A stretch of DNA of 64,000 nt, taken from NCBI GenBank assembly GCA_001793945.1, contig MGIW01000003.1, positions 65,630 through 129,629 of the forward strand, written 5' to 3'. The translations under genes were made by a program, and so were the position numbers. This stretch comes from Candidatus Wolfebacteria bacterium RIFOXYD12_FULL_48_21. Its GTDB lineage: Bacteria > Patescibacteriota > Minisyncoccia > UBA6257 > UBA9933. Positions 46,453 through 53,170 of the stretch are shown piece after piece (within the stretch, counting starts at the first letter, position 1; the number at the start of each line of letters is the position of its first letter). The notes under the pieces were generated by a model that worked only from the letters and a program-made list of their open reading frames with translations, made no database searches and had not been told where the DNA came from.

Positions 46453-46570
46453 CTGCCTCCTCGCCCGGTTGCCGGGCAATGTTTTTTTAAATGTGCACTT
46501 CCTTCGAATTCCCGTTCTGTGAACCGAAACTCGATGAGAAGGGGCAAGCGATAAAACTATCACTTGCCCA
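46453..46570 (-). promoter_or_regulatory. Conserved cassette leader module, copy 1: TTGACG, GGGCAAG hairpin, CGGTTCACAGAACGGGAATTCGAAGG box, RBS-adjacent hairpin GCCCGGcaaCCGGGC, GGAGG
   Basis: Read on minus strand. Repeated with the same order at 46949-47070 (partial), 49581-49671, 49862-49940 (degenerate) and 50150-50290 (degenerate). Confidence 0.55.
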
Positions 46571-46572
46571 CA

Positions 46573-46646
46573 CGCTTCGTCAATTTTTTAAACAGTGTGG
46601 TTTTCTTCCACCTTTAGCGTCGGTTATGCGTTCTCAAGCCCGACGG
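46573..46646 (-). repeat. Cassette 3' trailer module, copy 2
   Basis: CGCTTCGTCAATTTTTTAAACAGTGTGGTTTTCTTCCACCTTTAGCGTCGGTTATGCGTTCTCAAGCCCGACGG. Confidence 0.65.
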
Positions 46647-46666
46647 TGCAACCACTATCACAAGGG

Positions 46667-46948
46667 TCAGATCCTTCTTACCCTTGAGACATAGCACAGC
46701 TCTACTCTTCTTTCTCCGCAGAGGCACTCCCCTGTGTCGAACACGACACGCCCTTCCTCCGTGAGCTTTCTAAACTTGCCGGTGCATGTTCTGCACCGTA
46801 GCCTCCCCGGCTCTTCCGGGTCCCTCTCTACCTCGATTTTCTCCCCCGGCAGGAGGTTTAGCTTACGAACCTCCTCCGCCATCTTTATAGACTTCTGGCG
46901 ATAGGGCCTGTCAGAAAACAAACTCAAGAACTTTTGAGATCCTTTCAT
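46667..46948 (-). CDS. 93-aa basic small protein with CxxC...CxC zinc-ribbon-like motif (cassette ORF-2)
   Basis: Same conserved RBS/leader hairpin as ORF-1. Followed by the conserved 3' trailer module. Confidence 0.4.
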   Translation of the reverse strand: MKGSQKFLSLFSDRPYRQKSIKMAEEVRKLNLLPGEKIEVERDPEEPGRLRCRTCTGKFRKLTEEGRVVFDTGECLCGERRVELCYVSRVRRI

Positions 46949-47035
46949 ACTGCCTCCTCGCCCGTTTACCGGGCAATGTTTTTGGAAAGATCAAATGTTA
47001 GGTTGGTTGTTTTTTACACTTCCATCCTTACACCC

Positions 47036-47068
47036 TTACAATACCAGTATTCACAAAATGTGTCAACT
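47036..47068 (-). promoter_or_regulatory. Putative sigma70-type promoter for the cassette ORF-2/ORF-1 transcription unit
   Basis: Minus strand TTGACA-17 nt-TATTGT, ~80 nt upstream of the ORF-2 ATG. Divergent from the TrmB promoter at 47125-47155. Confidence 0.4.
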
Positions 47069-47124
47069 ATTCCGTCAAACTCTTAGTTTACTTTTCTTTC
47101 CTTTCTTATTTTTCCGCATAAACA

Positions 47125-47155
47125 TTGACAAAATCCTTGCTTTTGGTAGTATATA
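47125..47155 (+). promoter_or_regulatory. Putative promoter of TrmB-family regulator gene
   Basis: TTGACA-17 nt-AGTATA(TA). Confidence 0.45.
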
Positions 47156-47227
47156 AAAAACGGTCCTTTCGTCGACATATTCATATAATTACATTTATAT
47201 CATCTCTAATTAATACATTCCCTTTGT

Positions 47228-47292
47228 GTCATCCCCGCGAAGGCGGGGATCCAGTATTATATGGATTCCCGCCTTCGCGGGAATGACAAGAT
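47228..47292. repeat. MITE-like repeat
   Basis: TGTCATCCCCGCGAAGGCGGGGATCCAG...GGATTCCCGCCTTCGCGGGAATGACAA. Confidence 0.65.
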
Positions 47293-47331
47293 TCGGAACT
47301 GTTTAATTAGACTTGGTATTGTATCGCTGCC

Positions 47332-48060
47332 ATGCTTACAAAAAACCTGCAAAAGATCGGGCTCAATGAAAAGGAGGCAAAGGTCTATCTCGCTTCCCTT
47401 GAATTGGGGGAAGCCAATATTCAGCGTATCGCCAAAAAGGCGGGCATCAAGCGCACCACCGCCTACGATATTCTTGCCTCCCTTAAAGAAAAGGGCCTTA
47501 TCAGTACGGTTAAAAAAGATAAACGCTTCTATTATTATGCCGAAAACCCTTCATCATTGATGGCCGATCTGGAGGAAAAGCAGGAGGCACTAAAGAAGAT
47601 CATGCCCGAGCTTCTTTCGTTCGATAACCTCTTGGACCGCAAACCAAAGATCCGCTATTTCGAAGGAGCGCAGGGACTGAAAGAAGTCTATATGGACACA
47701 CTCGGCTATCCGGACCGGGAAATGCTTTCGTGGGTCGCCGAAGAAGCGTTTTATGATTTTGATGTTGATTTTCTTGAATCCCGTTATCACCCCACACGGA
47801 TCAAGAAAAAAATCTGGACCCGCGAGATCGCATCTGATGACCCTGCAACACGCGCCTATCAGGCGAAAGACGCAAGCAGTCTGCGCAAAACAAAGCTGCT
47901 TCCTTCGAAGCCGTTTCCCTTGGATGTTGGCATCAGCATCTATGGCGACAACAAGGTAGGAATCGTTTCCTTCAAAGAAGAGCTTGGTCTTATCATCGAA
48001 AGCGACAAGATCCACAACACGCTCAAAAGCATGTTTGAGTTCTTTTGGGAAAAGCTTTGA
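47332..48060 (+). CDS. TrmB-family transcriptional regulator (N-terminal wHTH plus C-terminal domain), paralog 1
   Basis: N-terminus IGLNEKEAKVYLASLELGEANIQRIAKKAGIKRTTAYDILASLKEKGLIS matches the TrmB HTH. Plus-strand promoter TTGACA-17-AGTATA at 47125-47155. Confidence 0.7.
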   Translation: MLTKNLQKIGLNEKEAKVYLASLELGEANIQRIAKKAGIKRTTAYDILASLKEKGLISTVKKDKRFYYYAENPSSLMADLEEKQEALKKIMPELLSFDNLLDRKPKIRYFEGAQGLKEVYMDTLGYPDREMLSWVAEEAFYDFDVDFLESRYHPTRIKKKIWTREIASDDPATRAYQAKDASSLRKTKLLPSKPFPLDVGISIYGDNKVGIVSFKEELGLIIESDKIHNTLKSMFEFFWEKL

Positions 48061-48111
48061 CCCCTCTGAATTACAAAACCCCCCTTGTCTTGCCGTAAAC
48101 CTGACTATTGT

Positions 48112-48235
48112 CATTCCGAGCCCATTCGTCCGCCAGCTGGCGGATCAGGGTAAACCGTAGTCGAGGAATCCGCAGTGCTTTTACTACAGATCCCTCGGCT
48201 CCGTTTCACTCCACTCGGGATGACATGCCGAGTTT
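48112..48235. repeat. MITE-like repeat (last copy in window; none downstream of 48.3 kb)
   Basis: TGTCATTCCGAGCCCATTCGTCCGCCAGCTGGCGGATCAGGG ... CTCGGGATGACAT. Confidence 0.6.
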
Positions 48236-48261
48236 CGTAATTTAAAGTTGATAAGAATAAA

Positions 48262-48300
48262 AAAAGGCGGAAAACTTTTTAGGTTTTCCGCCTCGTACTA
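48262..48300 (-). terminator. Intrinsic terminator after REC/Zn-ribbon gene
   Basis: Minus strand GAGGCGGAAAACCTAAAAAAGTTTTCCGCCTTTTTTTATT. Confidence 0.7.
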
Positions 48301-48453
48301 CTCTACCTTTCTTGGTGGCTCCTCTGATCATCTGTCGCTTTTATTGCGTCCTTTTAGGACCTTTATTACACAACTCCGACGATCTCCATTGCCTTCCCCC
48401 GGCGCGGTTGCGTTTACCCGGGGCATACTTTCCAAGAGTGCAGACCTAGACCG

Positions 48454-49134
48454 TTATTCTTCCTGTTCGCCACTGGTGAGGCGATTCAGGATATCTTTCC
48501 AGTCTTTTCCCTTCTCGGCGTAGTCCACACCGGTAGCGTGGCAGGTGTAGCAATCGTATGTGCTGTCGTTAGCACGCCGACACTTGCCCGTGCCGCCACA
48601 TTCCCGGCAAGGCCCTTCGGTGCCCGTTATGCCAACCCTTTTTACATGATTGGTAAACAGCGCCTTGGCGCCTGCAACCGGGAACACTCCACGGTCCATG
48701 CGGTCGAGCATGGCGCTCGCCGGATGACTGTGGTGATCCATGTCGGTAACAACCGCCACGAACTTCGCGCCTTCCAGTGCCGCATCAATGGCGAGCGCCC
48801 AGCCGATCGGCATTTCTGTGCCGACATACTGCAGGCCATTGCCCCCTTGGGTTTTCCTACCCGCGGGCATCAGCAAATCAGAGAGCACCGCATCCCAGTA
48901 GGGAAGCTTACACTCTTCCATGGCCTTCGCCCACACTTCGCCGCACCAGCCATAGCCTGCCGCTTCTGCCTCTGCCTTGAGTCGCAGAAGTTTTTCCCTG
49001 TCACACGGCTTTTCCCGCACGAGCTCTACCGCTTCGTCGTGGCTTCCCACCACGGTAAGCTCATGCTCGTGGCCGAGCGTCTGGTAGGCTGCCTTCCGGT
49101 GAGACGGGTTGTCATCGATAACGAGGATCTTCAT
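48454..49134 (-). CDS. Atypical receiver (REC)-like domain protein with C-terminal Cys-rich zinc-ribbon, no recognisable output domain
   Basis: MKILVIDDNPSHRKAAYQTLG...DAVLSDLLMP is receiver-like with insertions. C-terminus CRECGGTGKCRRANDSTYDCYTCHATG. GC ~58%. RBS aggagaaagaccATG lies 20 nt after the upstream ORF. Confidence 0.5.
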   Translation of the reverse strand: MKILVIDDNPSHRKAAYQTLGHEHELTVVGSHDEAVELVREKPCDREKLLRLKAEAEAAGYGWCGEVWAKAMEECKLPYWDAVLSDLLMPAGRKTQGGNGLQYVGTEMPIGWALAIDAALEGAKFVAVVTDMDHHSHPASAMLDRMDRGVFPVAGAKALFTNHVKRVGITGTEGPCRECGGTGKCRRANDSTYDCYTCHATGVDYAEKGKDWKDILNRLTSGEQEE

Positions 49135-49154
49135 GGTCTTTCTCCTGAGTTGGT

Positions 49155-49514
49155 TTACGCCAGCCCTTTGCCGGCGATGTGATTCGTAAATCTCTTCATC
49201 TCTTCTCCATCTTTCCCGATGAAGGAGATAGTGAATACTGAAAGCAGCTCCTTGAAACGCTCGTTCTTGCCAAGCGCTTCCGCGCTCTTTTCAATATTAT
49301 TCCCCTCACCTACTCCGATGGCGAACAATATTACCCTTTTCCCGGCCAGCAGGAGGTCGAGCGCTTCGTTGACATTGGTGCAAAGCACCTCGTCTGCAGA
49401 AGCCATATCCTCAACAACCCTGCCCAGCGCGCAGGCAATCAGCACGCCGAGAGTATTTTTTATCGGACCGTCCTCGGTGTTTATATACACCTTTTTCCTT
49501 TTTAAGCCGTCCAT
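49155..49514 (-). CDS. Hypothetical 119-aa protein (first gene of cassette operon with the REC/Zn-ribbon protein)
   Basis: RBS ggaggcgaagg. Preceded by the conserved leader module. The ORF-track 167-aa version reads through the leader. Confidence 0.4.
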   Translation of the reverse strand: MDGLKRKKVYINTEDGPIKNTLGVLIACALGRVVEDMASADEVLCTNVNEALDLLLAGKRVILFAIGVGEGNNIEKSAEALGKNERFKELLSVFTISFIGKDGEEMKRFTNHIAGKGLA

Positions 49515-49580
49515 TCTTCCTTCGCCTCCATTAAATATCCCGTAATACGGGCTGCGCACGATCGCGCTAATTTTTAAAAG

Positions 49581-49671
49581 TACCACTCCCTTCGAATTCC
49601 CGTTCTGTGAACCGAAACTCGATAAGGAGGGCAAGTGAATTCTCCAACTAGATTTCACTTGCCCGACCCTC
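49581..49671 (-). promoter_or_regulatory. Conserved cassette leader module, copy 3 (upstream of the 119-aa ORF / REC operon)
   Basis: CCCTTCGAATTCCCGTTCTGTGAACCGAAACTCGATAAGGAGGGCAAGTGAAttctccaactagaTTTCACTTGCCC. Confidence 0.55.
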
Positions 49672-49685
49672 CGTCGAGGGCGCCA

Positions 49686-49761
49686 CGCTTCATCAATTTT
49701 TTACTGTGGTTGTGGTTTTCTTCCACGATTACCGTCGGTTATGCGCGCGCAAGCCCGACGG
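49686..49761 (-). repeat. Cassette 3' trailer module, copy 3 (belongs to an ORF-less decayed cassette)
   Basis: CGCTTCATCAATTTTTTACTGTGGTTGTGGTTTTCTTCCACGATTACCGTCGGTTATGCGCGCGCAAGCCCGACGG. The cassette upstream has only an RBS followed by a 4-codon ORF (MPPM). Confidence 0.6.
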
Positions 49762-49861
49762 TGAAGTTTTTGAGAAAAACTTCACCAAAAACTCTTTTAC
49801 ATGGGTGGCATAGCCTCTCCTTGTTTGTTTGCCCTTTCGGACCGATTCCTTCAAAACCATG

Positions 49862-49940
49862 TAAAACCTCTACGGGTCCCCGTTCTTACGAACCGGAATC
49901 CGATAGAAGGGGCAAGTGATGATATCACCGCTTGCCCACC
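49862..49940 (-). repeat. Degenerate cassette leader/hairpin module, copy 4
   Basis: GTCCCCGTTCTTACGAACCGGAATCCGATAGAAGGGGCAAGTGATGATATCACCGCTTGCCC. Confidence 0.5.
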
Positions 49941-49980
49941 TTTCCACTGGCACATCATGCACCGCCGGAAAGGGTAGTAA

Positions 49981-50051
49981 CGCCGTCAATTTTTTAGATA
50001 GTGTGGTTTTATTCCACCTTTAGCGTCGGTTGCGTTACCATTGCCCGACGG
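49981..50051 (-). repeat. Cassette 3' trailer module, copy 4
   Basis: CGCCGTCAATTTTTTAGATAGTGTGGTTTTATTCCACCTTTAGCGTCGGTTGCGTTACCATTGCCCGACGG. Confidence 0.6.
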
Positions 50052-50149
50052 GAACTTTGCTCAAAATCTTGGGCAAAATCCCGATTCCTCTCCCCTCTCG
50101 TGGCCATGTTGGGTCGTGGCCAGCGAATAAGGGGTCAACCTCCTTTTCC

Positions 50150-50290
50150 CCGATATTTTATCTGTCGGCCTCGGGTGGCTGTTATTTTTCCAAGGTGCTT
50201 TGCAAGGATGCTTTCCTTTCCTTCATCCTTACGCCCCCACAATAACTTTTTTATGTCAACCAGTCAATAATTTTGCCAAATTCTTTTTTT
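50150..50290 (-). repeat. Degenerate copy of the cassette-2 upstream region (RBS hairpin plus promoter-like segment), no intact ORF
   Basis: CTTCATCCTTACGCCCCCACAATAAC and TGTCAACCAGTCAATAATTTTGCC parallel CTTCCATCCTTACACCCTTACAATACC and TGTGTCAACTATTCCGTCAAAC at 46997-47070. Confidence 0.4.
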
Positions 50291-50481
50291 CGCTTTATGT
50301 ATAACCTCATTTATATAGCATAAATACTATATAAATTGACTAACTTTAGTAAAAATAAAAAATGACCCTTTCGGCGTCATAATGTTCCCATGCGTAATTT
50401 TATCGATCTTTCACTCAAAATAGCGCCCGTATGCACAGCTCATTACCAAGCGCTATCCTCTACCCGCCCCCTCTTTTATGG

Positions 50482-51201
50482 CTACTTCCCTAAAAATACC
50501 TTTCCTAAAATATCGCTTTTTGCTATTACATCCGCATCGCCACCAACAGCAATCTTTCCTTTGTCCAAAACATACGCCGTTTGGGCGATATCCAAGATCG
50601 ATCGTATGTTATGCTCCACCACTATGATTGCCGTGTGTTTAACTTCGTTGATCTCGCGGATCTTTTCAAATACTTCTTTTACGATCTTTGGCGCAAGCCC
50701 GAGTGATGGCTCATCGAGCAATAACACCTTGGGGTCGATCATCAATCCACGCGCGAGCGCCACCATCTGCTGCTCCCCTCCGGAAAGCATCCCCGATTTC
50801 ATATTCCGCTTGCGTTTCAATACAGGGAACAGTTCCATTACATCGTGCTTGCGCGCATGTCGCTCGTCTTTATCCTTTACAATTATCCCGCCAATGTCGA
50901 GATTTTCCTCGACTGTCAGGCTTTGAAACACGCGACGGCCTTGCGGCACAAATGCGACTCCCTTGCGCGCCATCTTGTGTGGAACCGGAATAACCTTCTC
51001 GCCTCTCCATATAATATGGCCCGCGTGCAATGGCGTGATGCCAAAGATGGCCTTCAGTACCGTCGATTTCCCCGCGCCGTTTGGGCCCATGAGCGCAACA
51101 AGCTCACCCTCATGAATGTCGATATCAACGCCATCAAGGGCATGCACGCCGCCATAATGAACGGACACATTCTTTAGTTGCAGTAGGGGTTCGTTTTGCA
51201 T
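50482..51201 (-). CDS. livF: Branched-chain amino acid ABC transporter ATP-binding protein (LivF-like)
   Basis: Walker A GPNGAGKST, signature LSGGEQQMVALARGL, Walker B LLLDEPS. Start assumed at MQNEPLL. Confidence 0.8.
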   Translation of the reverse strand: MQNEPLLQLKNVSVHYGGVHALDGVDIDIHEGELVALMGPNGAGKSTVLKAIFGITPLHAGHIIWRGEKVIPVPHKMARKGVAFVPQGRRVFQSLTVEENLDIGGIIVKDKDERHARKHDVMELFPVLKRKRNMKSGMLSGGEQQMVALARGLMIDPKVLLLDEPSLGLAPKIVKEVFEKIREINEVKHTAIIVVEHNIRSILDIAQTAYVLDKGKIAVGGDADVIAKSDILGKVFLGK

Positions 51202-51208
51202 ATCTATT

Positions 51209-51305
51209 GACAAAAACTGGTAATCATCTATACTAATAGTACATTATGCTCCAGCAATGGAGTTCCGAGAAACCCCTTCGAGAGAAGGGGTTTCGTTTTA
51301 TACGA
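51209..51305 (+). ncRNA. Candidate small RNA: promoter TTGACA-16/17-TATACT followed ~40 nt later by an intrinsic terminator
   Basis: TTGACAaaaactggtaatcatcTATACT ... GAAACCCCTTCGAGAGAAGGGGTTTCGTTTTAT. Divergent from livF. Could alternatively encode a ~32-aa peptide (MLQQWSSEKPLREKGFRFIRAPLASLLYPHNR). Confidence 0.3.
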
Positions 51306-51749
51306 GCTCCTTTAGCTTCACTTTTATACCCCCATAATCGGTAGTATTCAATTTACCTATTTTCCTAATAAATCGCTTATTACTGATCGCTCGCAGTTGT
51401 GACAGAATTATTACATTCTGTTCTCCTTGGGTATTAGTAAATGGGAAATAATATTTACCTTCCTTCATTTTCGTTTATTTCTACTCCGATATTTTGCCCT
51501 AAACTTGCCCACCAAATTTGCCTTTCCCGAGGAAAACTTCTTATATCTGAAGCATGTATATGTATTTTTGACTTAGTCTAATGCGCAAATACTTCGACAA
51601 GTTCTTTTGTAATTTTTATACTCATAAAATAAATCGACTCTTCGCCTTTATTCTTTCTCAATCTTACCAAATTCCATTCTCTTTATAAACTGATTGGATT
51701 TTGTTAACCTTTATAAAATGGCTTCGGCTCTCCCTTGCGTGAGTAGGGG

Positions 51750-51790
51750 TAACAAAAAACAGCCCTCTACGAAGGGCCGTTTTTTATGGT
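51750..51790 (-). terminator. Intrinsic terminator after substrate-binding protein gene
   Basis: Minus strand AAAAAACGGCCCTTCGTAGAGGGCTGTTTTTTGTT. Confidence 0.7.
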
Positions 51791-51805
51791 TTGAACATAG
51801 TGCGG

Positions 51806-52954
51806 TTATTTTCCTACAAATACCGGCATCATATTTTCCAGTCTAAACAATCGCACAAGGATCCCGCTCACTCGTCCATCTTCTTTCATTGTGAGGTTTC
51901 CCGTCACGCCTTTGAAGTTTTCGACATTCTTCATTGCGGTTATCTTCTGATTCAACTGTCCCTTTTTCGTGCTTGCGGTCACTTTCGGCAGCACCTCGGT
52001 GATCAATACCTTGGCCGAGTCGTATGCCTGGTCGCTGGCGACGAACACAAAGGGGGTCCTGCCATACTTCGCCTTAAAGTCATTGTGAAACTTTACAGCA
52101 ACCTGGTTCCCTTCGATTGGAGCATAGAACGAGAAGTGGATTCCATCAATCGCCTTGCCCGCAGCCGCCTGAATGGACGGGGTCGTGGCAACGGTAGGAA
52201 TCGTGAGATAATTCTTTCCTATGTTCAAGTTCTTTGCCTCCTTGATCGCGATTCCGATTTCGTCATAGCCAAGGAATACGATCGCATCCTTATCCTTGAA
52301 CTTCAGTAGCGATGTTTTGAAGTCGGTCGTTCCCGGCTTATAGCTCTCTACCTGCACTGAAGCCGCATTTCCTATTCTAACTACGAATTCATCGGAAACA
52401 GACTGCATGAAGTTATCGACGGTGGAATGCAAGATTCCGATATTCTTATAACCCTGTTCCTTTGCATAATCAGCGATTACATCGGCTAAGTCATTTGTTT
52501 CCTTGGCGATGCAAAATATATTTTCCGGAAGATTGGCGAGTGCCTGATCACAATCCAACGAGTCTACTATCAATACATTGTCTCGCTGCGCCCGTTCGGC
52601 CAAGGCCATGACGCCGCCATAGGTGGACATGATGATCGTATCGACACCATCGATGGTTACCATCTTTTCATATGCACTGATCGCTTTTGCCGTATCGTAT
52701 TGATCATCCTCCACTACGAGCTTTATTTGTCGGCCGTTTATGCCTCCGCTTGCGTTTGCTTCATCAACCGCGAGTTGTATCGATTTGGAAGCTTCTTCTC
52801 CCAATATCGCCACATCTCCCGTTAGTGGGCCGATATAGCCGAGCATATACGCCCCTTCCACCTGTGCGCCGTTACCCCATTTAAACAGATATCCGGCAGC
52901 TATTACCGCTATGACCACTGCAATTCCGATAATGCTATTTTTTTTGTCATTCAT
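51806..52954 (-). CDS. ABC transporter substrate-binding protein (LivJ/branched-chain amino acid binding family, type I periplasmic binding fold)
   Basis: Signal-anchor N-terminus and family-wide similarity to Leu/Ile/Val-binding proteins. Terminator at 51750-51790. Confidence 0.75.
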   Translation of the reverse strand: MNDKKNSIIGIAVVIAVIAAGYLFKWGNGAQVEGAYMLGYIGPLTGDVAILGEEASKSIQLAVDEANASGGINGRQIKLVVEDDQYDTAKAISAYEKMVTIDGVDTIIMSTYGGVMALAERAQRDNVLIVDSLDCDQALANLPENIFCIAKETNDLADVIADYAKEQGYKNIGILHSTVDNFMQSVSDEFVVRIGNAASVQVESYKPGTTDFKTSLLKFKDKDAIVFLGYDEIGIAIKEAKNLNIGKNYLTIPTVATTPSIQAAAGKAIDGIHFSFYAPIEGNQVAVKFHNDFKAKYGRTPFVFVASDQAYDSAKVLITEVLPKVTASTKKGQLNQKITAMKNVENFKGVTGNLTMKEDGRVSGILVRLFRLENMMPVFVGK

Positions 52955-53170
52955 GTAATTTTTATTATTTTATTATTTTTCTCACGCGCGTTCACTTGTT
53001 AATCATGATAACAACATTATGCGGTTATATTGTCAAACAGTCAACAAATGTATTTCTAATTTTTCTTATCCAACCCCCCACTCTCCTTTAATATGCCTTT
53101 AATATTGACTTTTTTTGCTGTTTTGCTACTATTAAAATAGTGACGGAATTATCGTTATTTATATATACTT

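Noticed and set aside
1190-48240. Possible CRISPR array, given many short repeated palindromic units in intergenic regions
   Set aside because: The units are palindromic, variable in length, scattered across about 27 separate loci, and not regularly interspaced with unique spacers of fixed size. No cas genes are present. They behave like MITE/REP-type elements, not CRISPR repeats.
46150-50300. Classical integron (intI-attI-cassettes)
   Set aside because: No integron integrase gene flanks the array within the window. The conserved inter-ORF modules lack recognisable GTTRRRY/RYYYAAC core sites and include promoter/RBS elements. I kept it as a cassette-like array of unknown type instead.
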